Part shown: positions 26,019 through 38,437 of the stretch, piece after piece
How positions within the stretch are numbered: the first letter of the stretch is position 1
Layout: each line of letters begins with the position of its first letter
Source of the DNA: Eledone cirrhosa
Lineage: Eukaryota
Assembly: GCA_964016885.1 (NCBI GenBank)
Contig: OZ024741.1
Coordinates: 364,126,001-364,190,000, forward strand
DNA length: 64,000 nucleotides
Reading direction: 5' to 3'
Made by a program: the position numbers and the translations under genes
Notes under the pieces: model-generated
What the model saw: the letters and a program-made list of their open reading frames with translations, nothing else
Database searches by the model: none
Told to the model about the DNA's origin: nothing

Positions 26019-26444
26019 GGTGACTATGAATGGTGTTAAATTATCTTTCTTAGTTGACATAGAGTAGCTAGGAATATTTTTTACTTTTATTTCTACAATG
26101 ATATTTGTATTTTTACATCAATTTTATTGTTTTTCTAACATGTGAATGGGGTTTACACAAGACTTGCTGTAAATAACTCTGATATATGGCTATCACGCAT
26201 ACCATAGCTAGAAATGAAACAGCCCACATTTGGTTGCTTCATCAGCTAGAAATAGCAGCCAAATATTCTTTAAATCACAACTTACATCTTAAAGTGGACA
26301 CAACATGGCTGGGTGGTTAAGAAGTTCATTTTGCAATCATGAGGTTCATGTTCAATCCCACTGGATGACATCATGGGAAAATGGAATTTTAGTATAGGTA
26401 AATATGTAGCGAATGAGATGTTTTGCTGTTTTGGTTGGTATTCC

Positions 26445-26937
26445 ATCCATCCATATCCATTTTTTGTCTTTAGGCTGCTGTGGTTGTCATGGACTCCGAA
26501 GTAGGCAAAAGCAGGCAATGTCTCACAGTCACTCTCCATGAATTTCTGTCGATAGTATCGACATTGGCCAAGTTCCATTTATACAAATCACTCTTCACGC
26601 ACTCCAACCACGTCTTCCTTGGTCTGCCGCAATCTCTAGTGCCAGGGATTGCCAAGTGAGTGATGGAGTTGATGCATGACGTGGCTCGTTGTATATGTCC
26701 GTACCAACAGAGACATTGTGTGCGAAGGACAGCAGTGATCTCATCCACACCCAGCTTCTGGTGAAGCACAGTTGAAGGGGTCTCATCTTTCAATTTGGTG
26801 CCACAGATCCACCTAATCATGGCACGATCATTTCGCCAGAGCCGTTGCAGATCTGAGGCATTCAGAACCCATGACTCACTGCCATGAAGCATGGCAGAGT
26901 GAACACAAGCAGAAAACACTTTGCCACGAACCTTGAA
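26445..26937 (-). mobile_element. RTE LINE 3' fragment (different subfamily)
   Basis: ORF 26470-26919: SAMLHGSESW...MIRWICG...WYGHIQR...GRPRKTW. Confidence 0.9.
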
Positions 26938-28524
26938 TTGTTCAGTTGTTTACTGTGGTGTGACAAGAATGTTTGTAGTAGTAAACTTGGCTTGATGGGT
27001 GAATGTGAAAGTTGATCTGTCCCTTATAAGCGCTGTTTGAAATACCATAGTGAATGAACAATAAACAAGAATCAATACTTTAATCATTTTATCACTGAAC
27101 TTGTTACGAAGTTATTGAAATGATATAGGAAAACAAAGATATACACAGTTGAAGGAAAACAAAGATATTTTATTGAATTGTATGATGTGCATGGCTGTTT
27201 GCATGGTCTGAAAAGAAGCACGAGACTAACCTTTGTTGAAGTCGAATGGGAGTATAGTTGCCACAACCAATTGACCAAGAAGGCCAAAGTGAGTGTCTGA
27301 TTGATGACTATTTTGTTCTGTTTGCTGGAACAAACTGATGTGTTGTGTCTACCTTGACAGTTGAGAGCAGAATTAATTTGATGAAGCCACAGCTATCTCT
27401 AGTTGGCTATTTTCTCCAGACAAGTTGGCAAGGAACTGAATATCTATATGGCCAAAAAATCAGCATGTGTGGTCACACTGACCTATGTGGCCAACCTGGG
27501 AACAAAAGTTCCTAACAGACTGATTGAATTCACTACATAGTTCCCTTGCCCAGATCGATAGGGGAGTAGAGATCGATAAGTAGTAGCGAATTGAACTGCA
27601 AGAATATGCTCTCAAATACATGGAATCAAGATCTTGCTGGCTGTCGACCTGTGAAGCTGTGAGTCCCTGAACTAGGTTGCATAAGCCGGGTGTGCATTGC
27701 TCGATTTGCAAGGAAGCGGAGACTACAATTTGAAATAAAAACTATGGCTATTTGTGTGAGATTGTATGTAACGAGTGCAAGAAGGTGCAACTTTGCCGTG
27801 TTTGAGGTGAGTGTGCTGATAGCTTTTTCCATAACTTCAAAACTAGTGGAGAGATAATAGAGAAGAAAAAAAAATGATCTTGTGAAACTCAATGTAAATC
27901 AATCACATAAATCTTGTGCTGTGTGCCAAAAAAAAAAAGAAATTCTGAAGATTGTGTAACCATGTGTATGCTTGTGCAATGTATATGCAAACATTTATAA
28001 TAGCAATGCCATGAAAGTAAAACCAGAATATGCATGTAGAAATAAAATTTGATAAATAAACAGAAAGGAAGAAACTGATTGTTCTAAAGTTCCAAACAAT
28101 AAAGAGTTCTATTTCTTGTTTTCTTTTTCTTCTGAGTGTTTTTATTTTTATAAAATGGGTATTCAGTTGCTGCCATTAACAAGAATTCGATTTTGTTGAT
28201 CTGCTATATCTGTTGTTTTGTGTTGAAAGCATTCATTATTGTTGCCATCAATGTTGTCATTGTTGTTGTTGTTGCTTAGACTAAATTAGTAAGTCGGGGA
28301 TCACTATCAATTGAGAGGTGAAAAATATCATTGTATGCTATTTGCATAGCTTACACAAGTGGAGTCCAAAGCACAGGGCTATGTCAATGTGGATGTACTC
28401 ATCATCAAGAAGGCTACCAGTTGATGTGGAGGGCAGTGGCGGATTTAACAGGTGGCGAAGGTAGCAAATGCCGACTGGGCCCCTGCCGACTGGGCGCTTA
28501 CAAAAAAAAAAAAATTGTAATTTG

Positions 28525-29830
28525 GGCGATATCCAAAAATACCTCCCCCATGCCTAGGGCTAAATAACTTCGCTGTTCGCTGCTGATATGAGGCTAAATA
28601 ACTTCGCTCCTGGCTGCTGAAATGAGGCTATTCCAACAAATTTACATTCCCTGTTTTTTAGCCGTTAAAAGAAATATAGATTTATTTATTTATTTGAAAC
28701 GTTTTTGTTAGTTTCATTGTTTTGTTTTTTTGGCGATATTTTTGTTAGTTTCTTGTTTTTTTTTTAGTTTCTTTTTTTTGGCGTTTTTTGCCAGGTTTTT
28801 TTAAATAGATTTATTTATTTATTTTTAACGTTTTTATGTCACAAACATTGCTCTCCGACGCTCTACCGATAATAGTAAGTATTAGTGGTTGTAATAAAAA
28901 TGCAATCAAAATGTAATAAATACCTTCACTGATTTCTTTCCTTATATTATCAACAGAAGTTGGTATGTCACCCAAAGTTTCTAATTCCTTCTCCACAGTA
29001 AGACAAATATCCATGTGTAGTTGAAGAGGATAAGTATGAAAGAACAGTCATTGGTAAAGTGTTCTATGAATGTTTTCGAACGAATGAATAATTTCAGTTT
29101 AAAATCAATTTCACTTTAACTTGTATACAAATCAATTATAAGATAACAGAACTATGTTATTTCACCTTTAGCAGGGAGCTAGTTATGCCAATTCGTGGAA
29201 AATACCCAAATAAGTTAAAGTGAAATTGATTTTAAACTGAAATTATTCATTCGTTCGAAAACATTCATAGAACACTGTACCAAAGACTGTTCTTTCATAC
29301 TTATCCTCTTCAACTACACATGGATATTTGTCTTACTGTGGAGAAGGAATTAGAAACTTTGGGTGACATACCAACTTCTGTTGATAATATAAGGAAAGAA
29401 ATCAGTGAAGGTATTTATTACGTTTTGATTGCATTTTTATTACAACCACTAATACTTACTATTATCGGTAGAGCGTTGGAGAGCAATGTTTGTGACATAA
29501 AAACCTAACAAAAACGTTAAAAATAAATAAATAAATCTATAAAAAAAAACCTGGCAAAAAACGCCAAAAAAAAAAAGAAACTAAAAAAAACCCCAAGAAA
29601 CTAACAAAAATATCGCCAAAAAACAAAACAAAGAAACTAACAAAAACGTTTCAAATAAATAAATAAATCTATATTTCTTTTAACGGCTAAAAAAAAGGGA
29701 ATGTAAATTTGTTGGAATAGCCTCATTTCAGCAGCCAGGAGCCAGCAGCGAAGTTATTTAGCCTCATATCAGCAGCGAAGAGCGAAGTTATTTAGCCCTA
29801 GGCATGGGGGAGGTATTTTTGGATATCGCC
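28525..29830. repeat. Long internal inverted repeat (arms 28525-29122 and 29212-29830, ~89 bp spacer)
   Basis: Arms are reverse complements with a few substitutions and small indels; the same peptide MDICLTVEKELETLG appears on opposite strands (28811-29014 minus, 29320-29508 plus). Confidence 0.97.
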
Positions 29831-29900
29831 GTAATTTGTTTTATTGGGCCACAGTTTAAAAATATTAAAGCATTAAAATTGTGTAAGCAACAAATAATTG

Positions 29901-29949
29901 GTAAGTTCCTTTTATTATTTCCTATACCTAGTTTATATTTTGTTTGTAG
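29901..29949 (+). other. Possible short 5' UTR intron of the transposase gene
   Basis: GTAAGT donor, T-rich tract and TTTGTAG acceptor 11 nt upstream of the ATG. Confidence 0.4.
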
Positions 29950-29960
29950 ACTGACTCACA

Positions 29961-32612
29961 ATGAATAAGAAGAAGTTCTCATCAGGTGCTGAGAAGCGTG
30001 CACTCAAAAGAAAAAAGGATTTGGAATCAGCAGGCAAAGCAAAAAATCAAAGATTATTGACTTTTTCTGCGCCCCATAGTGCAGATATTGAGGATGTTGC
30101 AGAAGAAAATATTCCTACAATATCTACAGGTGAAGCTGAAACTATTCCTGAAGTGGCTGAACCTGTGCTTCCTTCTCAAGTGACTGAACCTGCTGTAGAA
30201 AATATAAGTCTTTCTGAAGTTGAAAATGAACTTTCTGAAATTAGTCAGGCTTCAATGCCATTTTTAAATGACAAAGCACGATTTGACACAGGAAAGAATA
30301 AAGTGAAAGATTACTTGAACATTTTAGTTGAAAGGGGTGCTTATCAACCTTTGGAAAATGATATGCCTACAGGAGACTATCCCATTATCCATTCTAGAAA
30401 ATTCAAGAGCAGTTACTATAATTTTAAAAACCCCCTTGAAGAACGAGTACACAGATACTGGCTAGCTTATTCATACAAAGGTAATTATTGTTACTGCCAT
30501 CATTGCTGGTTATTTGGTGATGAAGAGGCCAAAAACTCGCCATGGTCAAAGAGTATGAATGATTGGAAGCACATTTCCAAAAGCATTGAAAAACACTCTC
30601 AATCAAAAATTCATCACAGAGCAGTATATGCCTATAAACAGTTCGCCAAGAATATGTCCATTGGAGTTTCAGTGAAAAAACAAATGGATGCAGAAGTTCA
30701 AAAATGGAAATATGTTCTTAATCATCAGTTCGGACTTTTACGAGAACTTACATGTCTAGGATTGCCACTAAGAGGTCATAGAGAATCCTTGGATGCTGAT
30801 AATCCAGGTGTGTACTTATCAATATTAAGGCACATAAGCACAATCGATCCTATTCTTAAACAACATTTTGAGGACAAGGGACAACTCAAATATCTGAGCA
30901 AAACTATCTTTGAGGAACAAGTCCAGATTCTTTTAAAAATGACACTTGACAAAATTGTTGATCTTTGCAAGGAAGCCAAATTTTTCACTGTGATTGCTGA
31001 TTCTACAACTGATATAAGTCATAAGGACCAAATGGCGGTGCTATTGAGATTTATAAAAATTGACAGACTTGAAAAGTCAGTGGAAATTGTAGAACACTTT
31101 GTTGGATATTATCATGTCCTTGATGCTAGTGCAATTGGTGTTACCAGTGTCATTGAAAAGGCATTGTTTGAAGAACTTGGCTTGCAGCGCAAACATCTTA
31201 AAGGACAGGCATATGATGGAGCATCTGTGATGAGTGGGGCATTAGGTGGTGTTCAAGCTTTACTAAAAAAGAATATGGCACTGGACGGAAATACTTTTGT
31301 TCCATATGTTCACTGTCCTCCCCACCAACTCAATCTAGTTCTTGAACATGCAGCTCAAAGTGGTACTCCTCCACCTCTTGTTGAAATTAAATGCTTCTTT
31401 GATAACATTCAATCTATCTATGCTTTCTTTGTTAATTCAAATAGACGCTGGAGTCAACTTCTTGATATTGCAAAAAGTCAGGAGAAGAATCTTTTAGAAG
31501 CTGTTGAGAAGGTTATTTCTAATTCAATTGACGAAGAAGTTGAAGATGAGCATATATGTGGCTCATCAAAATCCGGAACCTTGAAATCACTCTCTCAGAC
31601 AAGGTGGTCAGCCAGACATAATGCAGTTTCTGCTCTCCTGGAAAACTTTCACAATGTCAGTGAATGTCTGGCAGATTTGATAGAAGAAAATCATGACTCA
31701 AATGAAGTAAAACAGGCAACTGATTTGCAAGGGAAAATGGACTGGACTTTTTTCCTATCTCTACTTTGGTGGAACAAAGTGTTAGAAAATATGAATTCAG
31801 CTAATCGTCTTCTACAAGCTAAGACAATTGATTTATTCCTTGTGACTGAGTGCTTTGAACGTTCAACAGATAAATTGGAAGAACTCAGATGCGATCACAA
31901 ATTTGAACAATTTGTGGACCAGGCAAAGAAAGCCTGGAATGACGTGGGATTTGATGCATCTGAAGCTGATTTTAAAATAACGCGAGTGAGGAGAACAAAG
32001 ATTATGGATGGTGAAGTTTGTGGTGTTGAAAGACTAGCTACTGCTTCAGATAGATATCGCACTGCAATTTATTTTCAATCACTGGATAGTATGATTGGGG
32101 AGATGCGAGCCCGAACTGAAGGGATAAAAAAAATATCTTCAATCTTTGGATTTTTGAGTCCAAATCGACTGTCTAAATGCTCAGATGATGAACTAAAAAC
32201 AAATGTAGCAACATTGGTAGATAACTTTCCAAATGAATTCACACTGGAACTCAGAAATGAACTCTTTTCTTTCATTGGCCTCTACTTTTCACAGCCAAAC
32301 GCAGCTTTAAAACAAAGTGGGGTTATGCCATATCTGAAATTTTTACCGAACAATGACTTGTGTGATGTCTTTCCTGAGTTTGAAATTCTGGTAAGGCTAT
32401 TTCTCACTTTACCAATTGGCATAGCAAGTGCGGAACGCTCTTTCAGTGTTCTACGAAGAATTAAAAATTATCTTCGTTCAATGATGGGCCAGGAGAGGCT
32501 ATCCAGTTTTGCCTTGCTGGCAATTGAAAACAAAATTACTAAATCAGTAAACTTGGACCACGCTATAACTCATTTTTCAACTGTTAAAGCTCGCAGAGGT
32601 CTGCGCATGTAA
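29961..32612 (+). CDS. hAT transposase, 883 aa (TTF-type Zn finger, DUF4371-like region, DDE core, hAT dimerisation domain)
   Basis: Uninterrupted ORF; basic N-terminal NLS-like SGAEKRALKRKK; WLAYS..YCHHCWLF..W..KHSQSKIH; LPLRGHRE; D in ADSTTDISHKDQM; D in AYDGASVMSG; HCPPHQLNLV; TRWSAR; E in SAERSFSVLRRIKNYLRSMM; AATAAA at 32700-32705. Confidence 0.96.
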   Translation: MNKKKFSSGAEKRALKRKKDLESAGKAKNQRLLTFSAPHSADIEDVAEENIPTISTGEAETIPEVAEPVLPSQVTEPAVENISLSEVENELSEISQASMPFLNDKARFDTGKNKVKDYLNILVERGAYQPLENDMPTGDYPIIHSRKFKSSYYNFKNPLEERVHRYWLAYSYKGNYCYCHHCWLFGDEEAKNSPWSKSMNDWKHISKSIEKHSQSKIHHRAVYAYKQFAKNMSIGVSVKKQMDAEVQKWKYVLNHQFGLLRELTCLGLPLRGHRESLDADNPGVYLSILRHISTIDPILKQHFEDKGQLKYLSKTIFEEQVQILLKMTLDKIVDLCKEAKFFTVIADSTTDISHKDQMAVLLRFIKIDRLEKSVEIVEHFVGYYHVLDASAIGVTSVIEKALFEELGLQRKHLKGQAYDGASVMSGALGGVQALLKKNMALDGNTFVPYVHCPPHQLNLVLEHAAQSGTPPPLVEIKCFFDNIQSIYAFFVNSNRRWSQLLDIAKSQEKNLLEAVEKVISNSIDEEVEDEHICGSSKSGTLKSLSQTRWSARHNAVSALLENFHNVSECLADLIEENHDSNEVKQATDLQGKMDWTFFLSLLWWNKVLENMNSANRLLQAKTIDLFLVTECFERSTDKLEELRCDHKFEQFVDQAKKAWNDVGFDASEADFKITRVRRTKIMDGEVCGVERLATASDRYRTAIYFQSLDSMIGEMRARTEGIKKISSIFGFLSPNRLSKCSDDELKTNVATLVDNFPNEFTLELRNELFSFIGLYFSQPNAALKQSGVMPYLKFLPNNDLCDVFPEFEILVRLFLTLPIGIASAERSFSVLRRIKNYLRSMMGQERLSSFALLAIENKITKSVNLDHAITHFSTVKARRGLRM

Positions 32613-33940
32613 AAGCAATTTGTGTAAAAGACTAACATATATACAACTTTATTACTTTATTATTTGTTTACAGTACAGCACATCTGTTTGTTTGTTTCAA
32701 ATAAAGTGTACTTGTAATTTAATTGTCTTCTTAATGATTATTGGTAGCTAAATGGGAAATTAAAAAAAAAACTTTTTCAATACTCGCTCGAAAAGAAGGT
32801 ACTTTAATTTTCACTCTGGGGCCTCTTTACTGACCAATGCCGACTGGGCCCTATTCCTTAAATCCGCCACTGGTGGAGGGCACCAAATTGAGCCATATAC
32901 TACTTTATGGCTGTGAGGCAGAAGAAAGGGAGGTTGGTCCAAAGAAGATTCAATCTGCTAAAACATGAAATAATACAGATTTTAACTATAAGGTTGTTAT
33001 TTCTTTTCTTTTCAACCAACAGTTTTCATTATTGAATTTATAATTGAATTATCAGAATTGTTAGAGGAATGGCCAAAATAGATTGAAGTATTTAGTATCA
33101 ATTATGTAGGTATGTGGCTCAGTTTTACAGCTGGATGCTCTTCCTGGCACCAACTCTTTTACAACACATTGTACCCATTCTAAACCAGATAGACTCAGAG
33201 AGAGCATTGGAAGAAATGCCTTGTATTGCTTGACCCAGTTCTTTGCATTTTGAGTTCTTGGGTGGGATTCTTAATCCATGGCCTGGTTTAATATCATCAT
33301 CTGATCCTTAGGAGCACTTAGCTGAATTTACTCTGTTACAAGTGTCCAGTTTGAGGATAACTTTCTCTTTTGTTGATGATTGGTTCAACTGAAGAACACA
33401 CTAGTTACACCTCAATCTAATCCTCCCAGGTCTTAGATGTTACTACTATCCTATAATTTAGTTTTAATAAATTTCCTTTGATATTAAATCACTCAATTCA
33501 AATCATTTTTGCTTTCATATTCCATTTTCTTTTATAATAGTGATTTTCTTTCATGGCGATAGCAAGGGCATGCAGCTATAGCAACCATGACAAAAACAAC
33601 AACAACAAAACCCGAGTGGACTCTTTAGTTGTGTCAATGGCATGATAACTTCTCTAGTGTTGGGGCTATGATAAAATACTGTTGTACCCCCTATAAAGTA
33701 AATGGTAATAGGAAGGGCATCCAGCCATAGAGAACATACCAAACAAAGGGTCGAGAGGACTCTTCAGTGTCAAAGATATGATCAACAATGGTGTCATGAA
33801 AAAAATGTACCCAGTACACTATGTAGATTGTGGGGAATATATGTCATGAAGATACCCTCTGCCCATCTGAGAGGTCAGGAACACAGGCCTGGTCTTTGAT
33901 GACCTAGTCAACTCTTAATAGCAAGGAAAACAGGTATTCA

Positions 33941-34120
33941 ATAATTGTTTCTACTTTAGGCACAAGGCCAGCAATTACCCAGTGCATTACTGGTACTTTA
34001 TTTTATCGACCCCGTAAGGATGAAAGGCAAAGTCAACCTCGGCTGGATTTGAACTCAGATCGTAAAGGGACGTAACTATGCTGGAAAGCATGACGTCCGA
34101 CCCTCTACCGATACTGCCAA
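33941..34120 (-). mobile_element. tRNA-derived SINE (Meta-like core)
   Basis: Reverse complement of the 54034-54220 copy, with A/B box-like motifs. Confidence 0.88.
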
Positions 34121-34594
34121 ATAATGATGATTATGATGATGATTAACAAATTATTCAGCTTTTATCAGTATACAGGTAAATGAGGTAATGTTCACTTCCT
34201 TTTCTTCATTTCCATTTCTTTTTACGAAGATTGCCAGAAGTGTGATCTTAAAACGAAAGTTTATCCTTATTGGATAGTTTATAAATGTGTTGATGTATAT
34301 GTGGATCAAACTAATAAAGTACACAGCAAATTAAGTGGGGGTTGTATTATTATCTACATTACTGGCAAAAAAAAAAAAAAAAATCTCAGTCATCTTATTG
34401 TTTAATAATAACAATGTGATATTTACTTTGTAAGCTACTAAATATCTAACATACTGGTTAGTTTAGTTTATACATACAGATGGTCAGTTCTAGTTTAACA
34501 GTTAAATGTTTGACAAAGAAACGCTGACTGATGGCATGTTACTAAAATGGAAGATTCACCAGAATAATTGAAAGTATTCATGAGAGATGGGTGG

Positions 34595-34859
34595 CAGGCA
34601 GAGAGATAGAGAGAGGTGGAGAGGGAGAGAGATTGAGACTGAGAGAGAGACTGAGACAGAGAGAGAGGTGGAAAGGGAGAGAGACTGAGACAGAGAGAGA
34701 GAGAGAGAAAGAGAGGTGGAGAGGGAGAGAGACTGAGAGAGAGAGAGAGAGAGGGGGGGGAGGTAGAGAGGGAGAGAGACTGAGACAGAGAGAGAAAGAG
34801 AGAGAGAGGTGGAGAGGGAGAGAGACTGAGACAGAGAGAGAGAGAGAGTGGTGGAGAGG

Positions 34860-34892
<33 letters not shown>
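34595..34892. repeat. GA-rich compound microsatellite
   Basis: (GA)n with recurring GGTGGAGAGGGAGAGAGACTGAGAC modules. Confidence 0.9.
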
Positions 34893-34893
<1 letters not shown>

Positions 34894-35169
34894 TCTATAA
34901 CATTCAAGATTCAAAGTTGATGAGAGAAAGGGGGAGGGGGCAAGGAGAGAGAGATAGGGATAGAGAGAGATATTTAGAGTGGGATACATCGAGAGATATA
35001 TAAATTAGAGAGAGGAGGAAAACATTGAAAGACACTTAAATGGGGTGATAGAAAGAGAGAGAGAGAGAGAGAGAGATTTATAACATTCAAGATTCAAGAT
35101 TCAAAGTTAATGAAAGAGGAGGAAGGGTAGATTGAAAGGGAAAGAGATAGAGGGAAGGTGTGTGTGTGT

Positions 35170-35203
<34 letters not shown>

Positions 35204-36079
35204 ATATGTGTGTGTGCATGAGAGAGAAAGAGACCGAGGGTGGTGGAAAATGGAAGACAAAGGTTCTTATTTCATATTGACCCCAGTAATTATCTTTTCA
35301 AGTCTGGTACTTATTTTAGTGACCCCTTTTCTGTTGAACTGCTAAGTTACGGGACATAAATGCAGATGCAAACATAAACACAGACATAGATGGTTAAACA
35401 CACAGACACACACATACACATTTACACTTATACACACACACTTTCACACACACACACACACACACACACATTCACACTCATACACACACATATATTCAAT
35501 GAGCTTCTGCAGTTTTTGACTACTAAATTCTACTTACAAGGCATTTGCCTTGTAAGTAGAATTTAGAATTTGCTCAAAGTGTCACACAGTGGAACTGAAC
35601 CCAGAAACATGAGACTGTGAAGTGAACTTCTTAAGCACACACATACACACACACAAACATACATACTATATAAATATACATGAAAAGTCAACAAAGAAAA
35701 ACAACAAAATAACACAAGAAAACATTACAATGTCATGATGGTATATTAGTTTAATGCTTCATAAAGTTGGGAAAGAATCTTGATGATTCTGATACTAGTC
35801 CTTCATTGGAAGATAGAAAAAGTTGAGAGTTGTGGGATATTGGCATAAGGCAAAAAGCAATGAAGTGTGTGTGTATGTGTGTGCTTGAGTGTGTACTTGT
35901 GTGTGAGTTTGTGTGTGTGCTTGTGTATTTTTCACCAATCTATGACAGTTAAAAAGCTGGTACTATGGAACAAAAATACTCTGTGCAGTATTTTTGTTCT
36001 ACTTGCCAAATAAAGGGTTGGGAGGACCCTTCAGTTGTGTGAAGGATATGACAACTTCCTTAGTGTTGGTGATCTACAC

Positions 36080-36266
36080 CAGGCATGTCAAACTAAGGGT
36101 CCCCCAAGGGCCACATAAGTCACATATGTGCTGTCAGAGGGCCACACATGACAACTAATATTTCTTATTTTATATTATGCTTGTGCAGTAAAAACCTTTG
36201 TGCGGACTGCAGATGTGCTTGTAAAGGGCTGCATGCAGCCGACGGGCCACATGTTTGACATGCCTG
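36080..36266. mobile_element. hAT Charlie-like MITE
   Basis: TIRs CAGGCATGTCAAAC / GTTTGACATGCCTG; TSD ATCTACAC / ATCAACAC. Confidence 0.88.
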
Positions 36267-36561
36267 ATCAACACAATAAATACACCCAGTACATGCTGTA
36301 AAGTGGTTCATGATAAGAAGGTCATTCAGCCATAGAAAGTTTGCCAAACAAAGGATTGGGAGAACCCTTCAATTGTGTAAAAGACATAACAACCTCTCTT
36401 GTACACTCGGTAGAATGTGAGCCTGTATTTAAGTGGGATAACTGACCCCTAGTCTGTCTGGGAGGTCATTAGTCCTGCTTCAGTACTGACTTTGTCTATG
36501 TAGACTCATCCAACCCTTGCTTGCAGAGAAAGCAGACGTTAAAATGACGGTGATGATGGCA

Positions 36562-36601
<40 letters not shown>

Positions 36602-38437
36602 CTGAATTATACAGATATAGACACAGGGGTGCAGTGAATCAGTGACACAGTGATTAGTCCACTGAAAACCAGTAACTGACAATGTCATATTATTAATTGA
36701 TTGTGATATGAAGTAACTAAAAATATATTTAGAAAAAACTGAAACCCATCACAACTACCTAGACCACCACCATCACCACCTAGACCACCACCACCACCAT
36801 CTAGACCACCACCACCACTAACACAACCACCACCACCACCACCACCTAGACCACCACTACCACCAACACAACCACCACCACAACCATGAATGTCCAATTC
36901 ATGAATTAATGTGTAAGATGTTGACTCATCCAGAGACATGTGTACCCTTAATGTGCACCCACAATAATGAATCATAGCCTTTTCCTATATATACTACAAT
37001 TGTGAAGGAATTACTAAGTAAATATACAAGATATATCAAGGCAACACTCCTATTGCTGTCTCTGATAGGAATGAGGCAAAAAGATATATGGAAGAAAGAT
37101 TACTATAAGCTTTGCTGGTGAATTTAGAAGCATATCCAAATTCTGTTGCCTGACAAACTGAAGATTGCAAGCTGTCAAATTACTGGCCACTCTCTGATAT
37201 GTTTATTGCTGAACACAGTGGTAGAAACATCTGGCCCCTTGTCTCTCTGAATCACCCCACCCCTCCACCTGATTAGTGTGACAGGACAGTGACAGGCATC
37301 TGCGAGAATGAGACTGGCTCTTTCAGTTAGTTTTCTCACTCTTTTCTGGGGTAACACATTCACAATTTTGTTTGTCAGGACCATAAGGCTACAGCCATCT
37401 CAGGTTTTGCAAAGGACATGAGATGGTAGCATCATCAATTAATGAGGATTTTACATCTTTAACGCTTTCATTTCCATATATCTAATGAAAGACTCTACAT
37501 ACGATTTTCAAATGATTTTGGAACTACTCAAGATTTCTCATTATTAAGCTATTGTTTGGAGGGAATTAAACAAAGGTTCTTACATAAAATAGAATGTTTT
37601 TAGATAGAGATAAACACTTTAAAATAAACAGTTTTGTATCATAGAATCAGGGGCAGTTTCCAGCAGTTTGATATCAAAAGGGTTAAATGTATATAACCTA
37701 TTAAATGCGAATGGAAGATGTTTAATACATGCATTTGATTATACATCCACTAAAAAACACACATCTAACTTTGGTACTAACCAATGATAGAACCTCATTG
37801 AGAGCCAATGAGAGAATTTCAACACGATCCAACAAGGGAAGCCAATGAGGACACTGCTACACTCCATTCTGTCTGTGTTAATAGTCAATTGTAAACATTG
37901 AAGTAACACTTTTACTCTATTCTTTTACTGATTTCAGTCATTAGACTACAACCAGTACTTATAATTTCAAGTCTATTTTATCAATCACCTTTTTCTCATC
38001 CATGCAAGGCTACAGTGGAAAACAGCTGTCTAAATATGCCACACAGTAGGATTGAACCCAAAACAATGTGGTTGTGAAGCGAACTCTTTCACCACACTGC
38101 TATGCCAGTATGGACATTTATTTTTAGGTTTAAAGAAATGATACATGAAAGTCAGTGAGCGAAAAAAGTTTGCCAAAGTCTGATTTTGTATTTTCTCTGT
38201 TGAGGTGTAACAGGAACTGGAATTTCTAGATCAGAGTAGATGTTAATGGTAGAGACATAGGTAGGATGGTTGGCATGGTTCTCTGATTTTGAATAGACCA
38301 ACTCATTTCATTTTACATTCTTGTTCTTTTAACCTGTTCTGTTATTTGTAAATACATCATGTACACTACATGTACATGTGTATACTAAAAAAGATGTCAA
38401 AGTACCAGATACTCTCTGATAGGATTATCATCAAACC

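Larger units (their letters stand above)
28434..32872 (+). mobile_element. Complete autonomous-type hAT transposon (Tip100/ZMYM1-like group)
   Basis: Perfect 15 bp TIRs CAGTGGCGGATTTAA / TTAAATCCGCCACTG; perfect 8 bp TSD GTGGAGGG (28426-28433, 32873-32880); subterminal TGCCGACTGGGC motifs at both ends; intact transposase ORF. Confidence 0.97.

Noticed and set aside
26940-28010. Possible ancient DNA transposase relic with Cys-rich end
   Set aside because: Too degenerate to assign by eye; no TIR, TSD or continuous motif found.
29961-32612. Host ZMYM1-like gene
   Set aside because: Single-exon ORF bounded by perfect TIRs and an 8 bp TSD, so it is a transposon; no MYM fingers seen.
35770-35815. 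Minus-strand hammerhead-like remnant
   Set aside because: Both core boxes are mutated; cannot be distinguished from chance.
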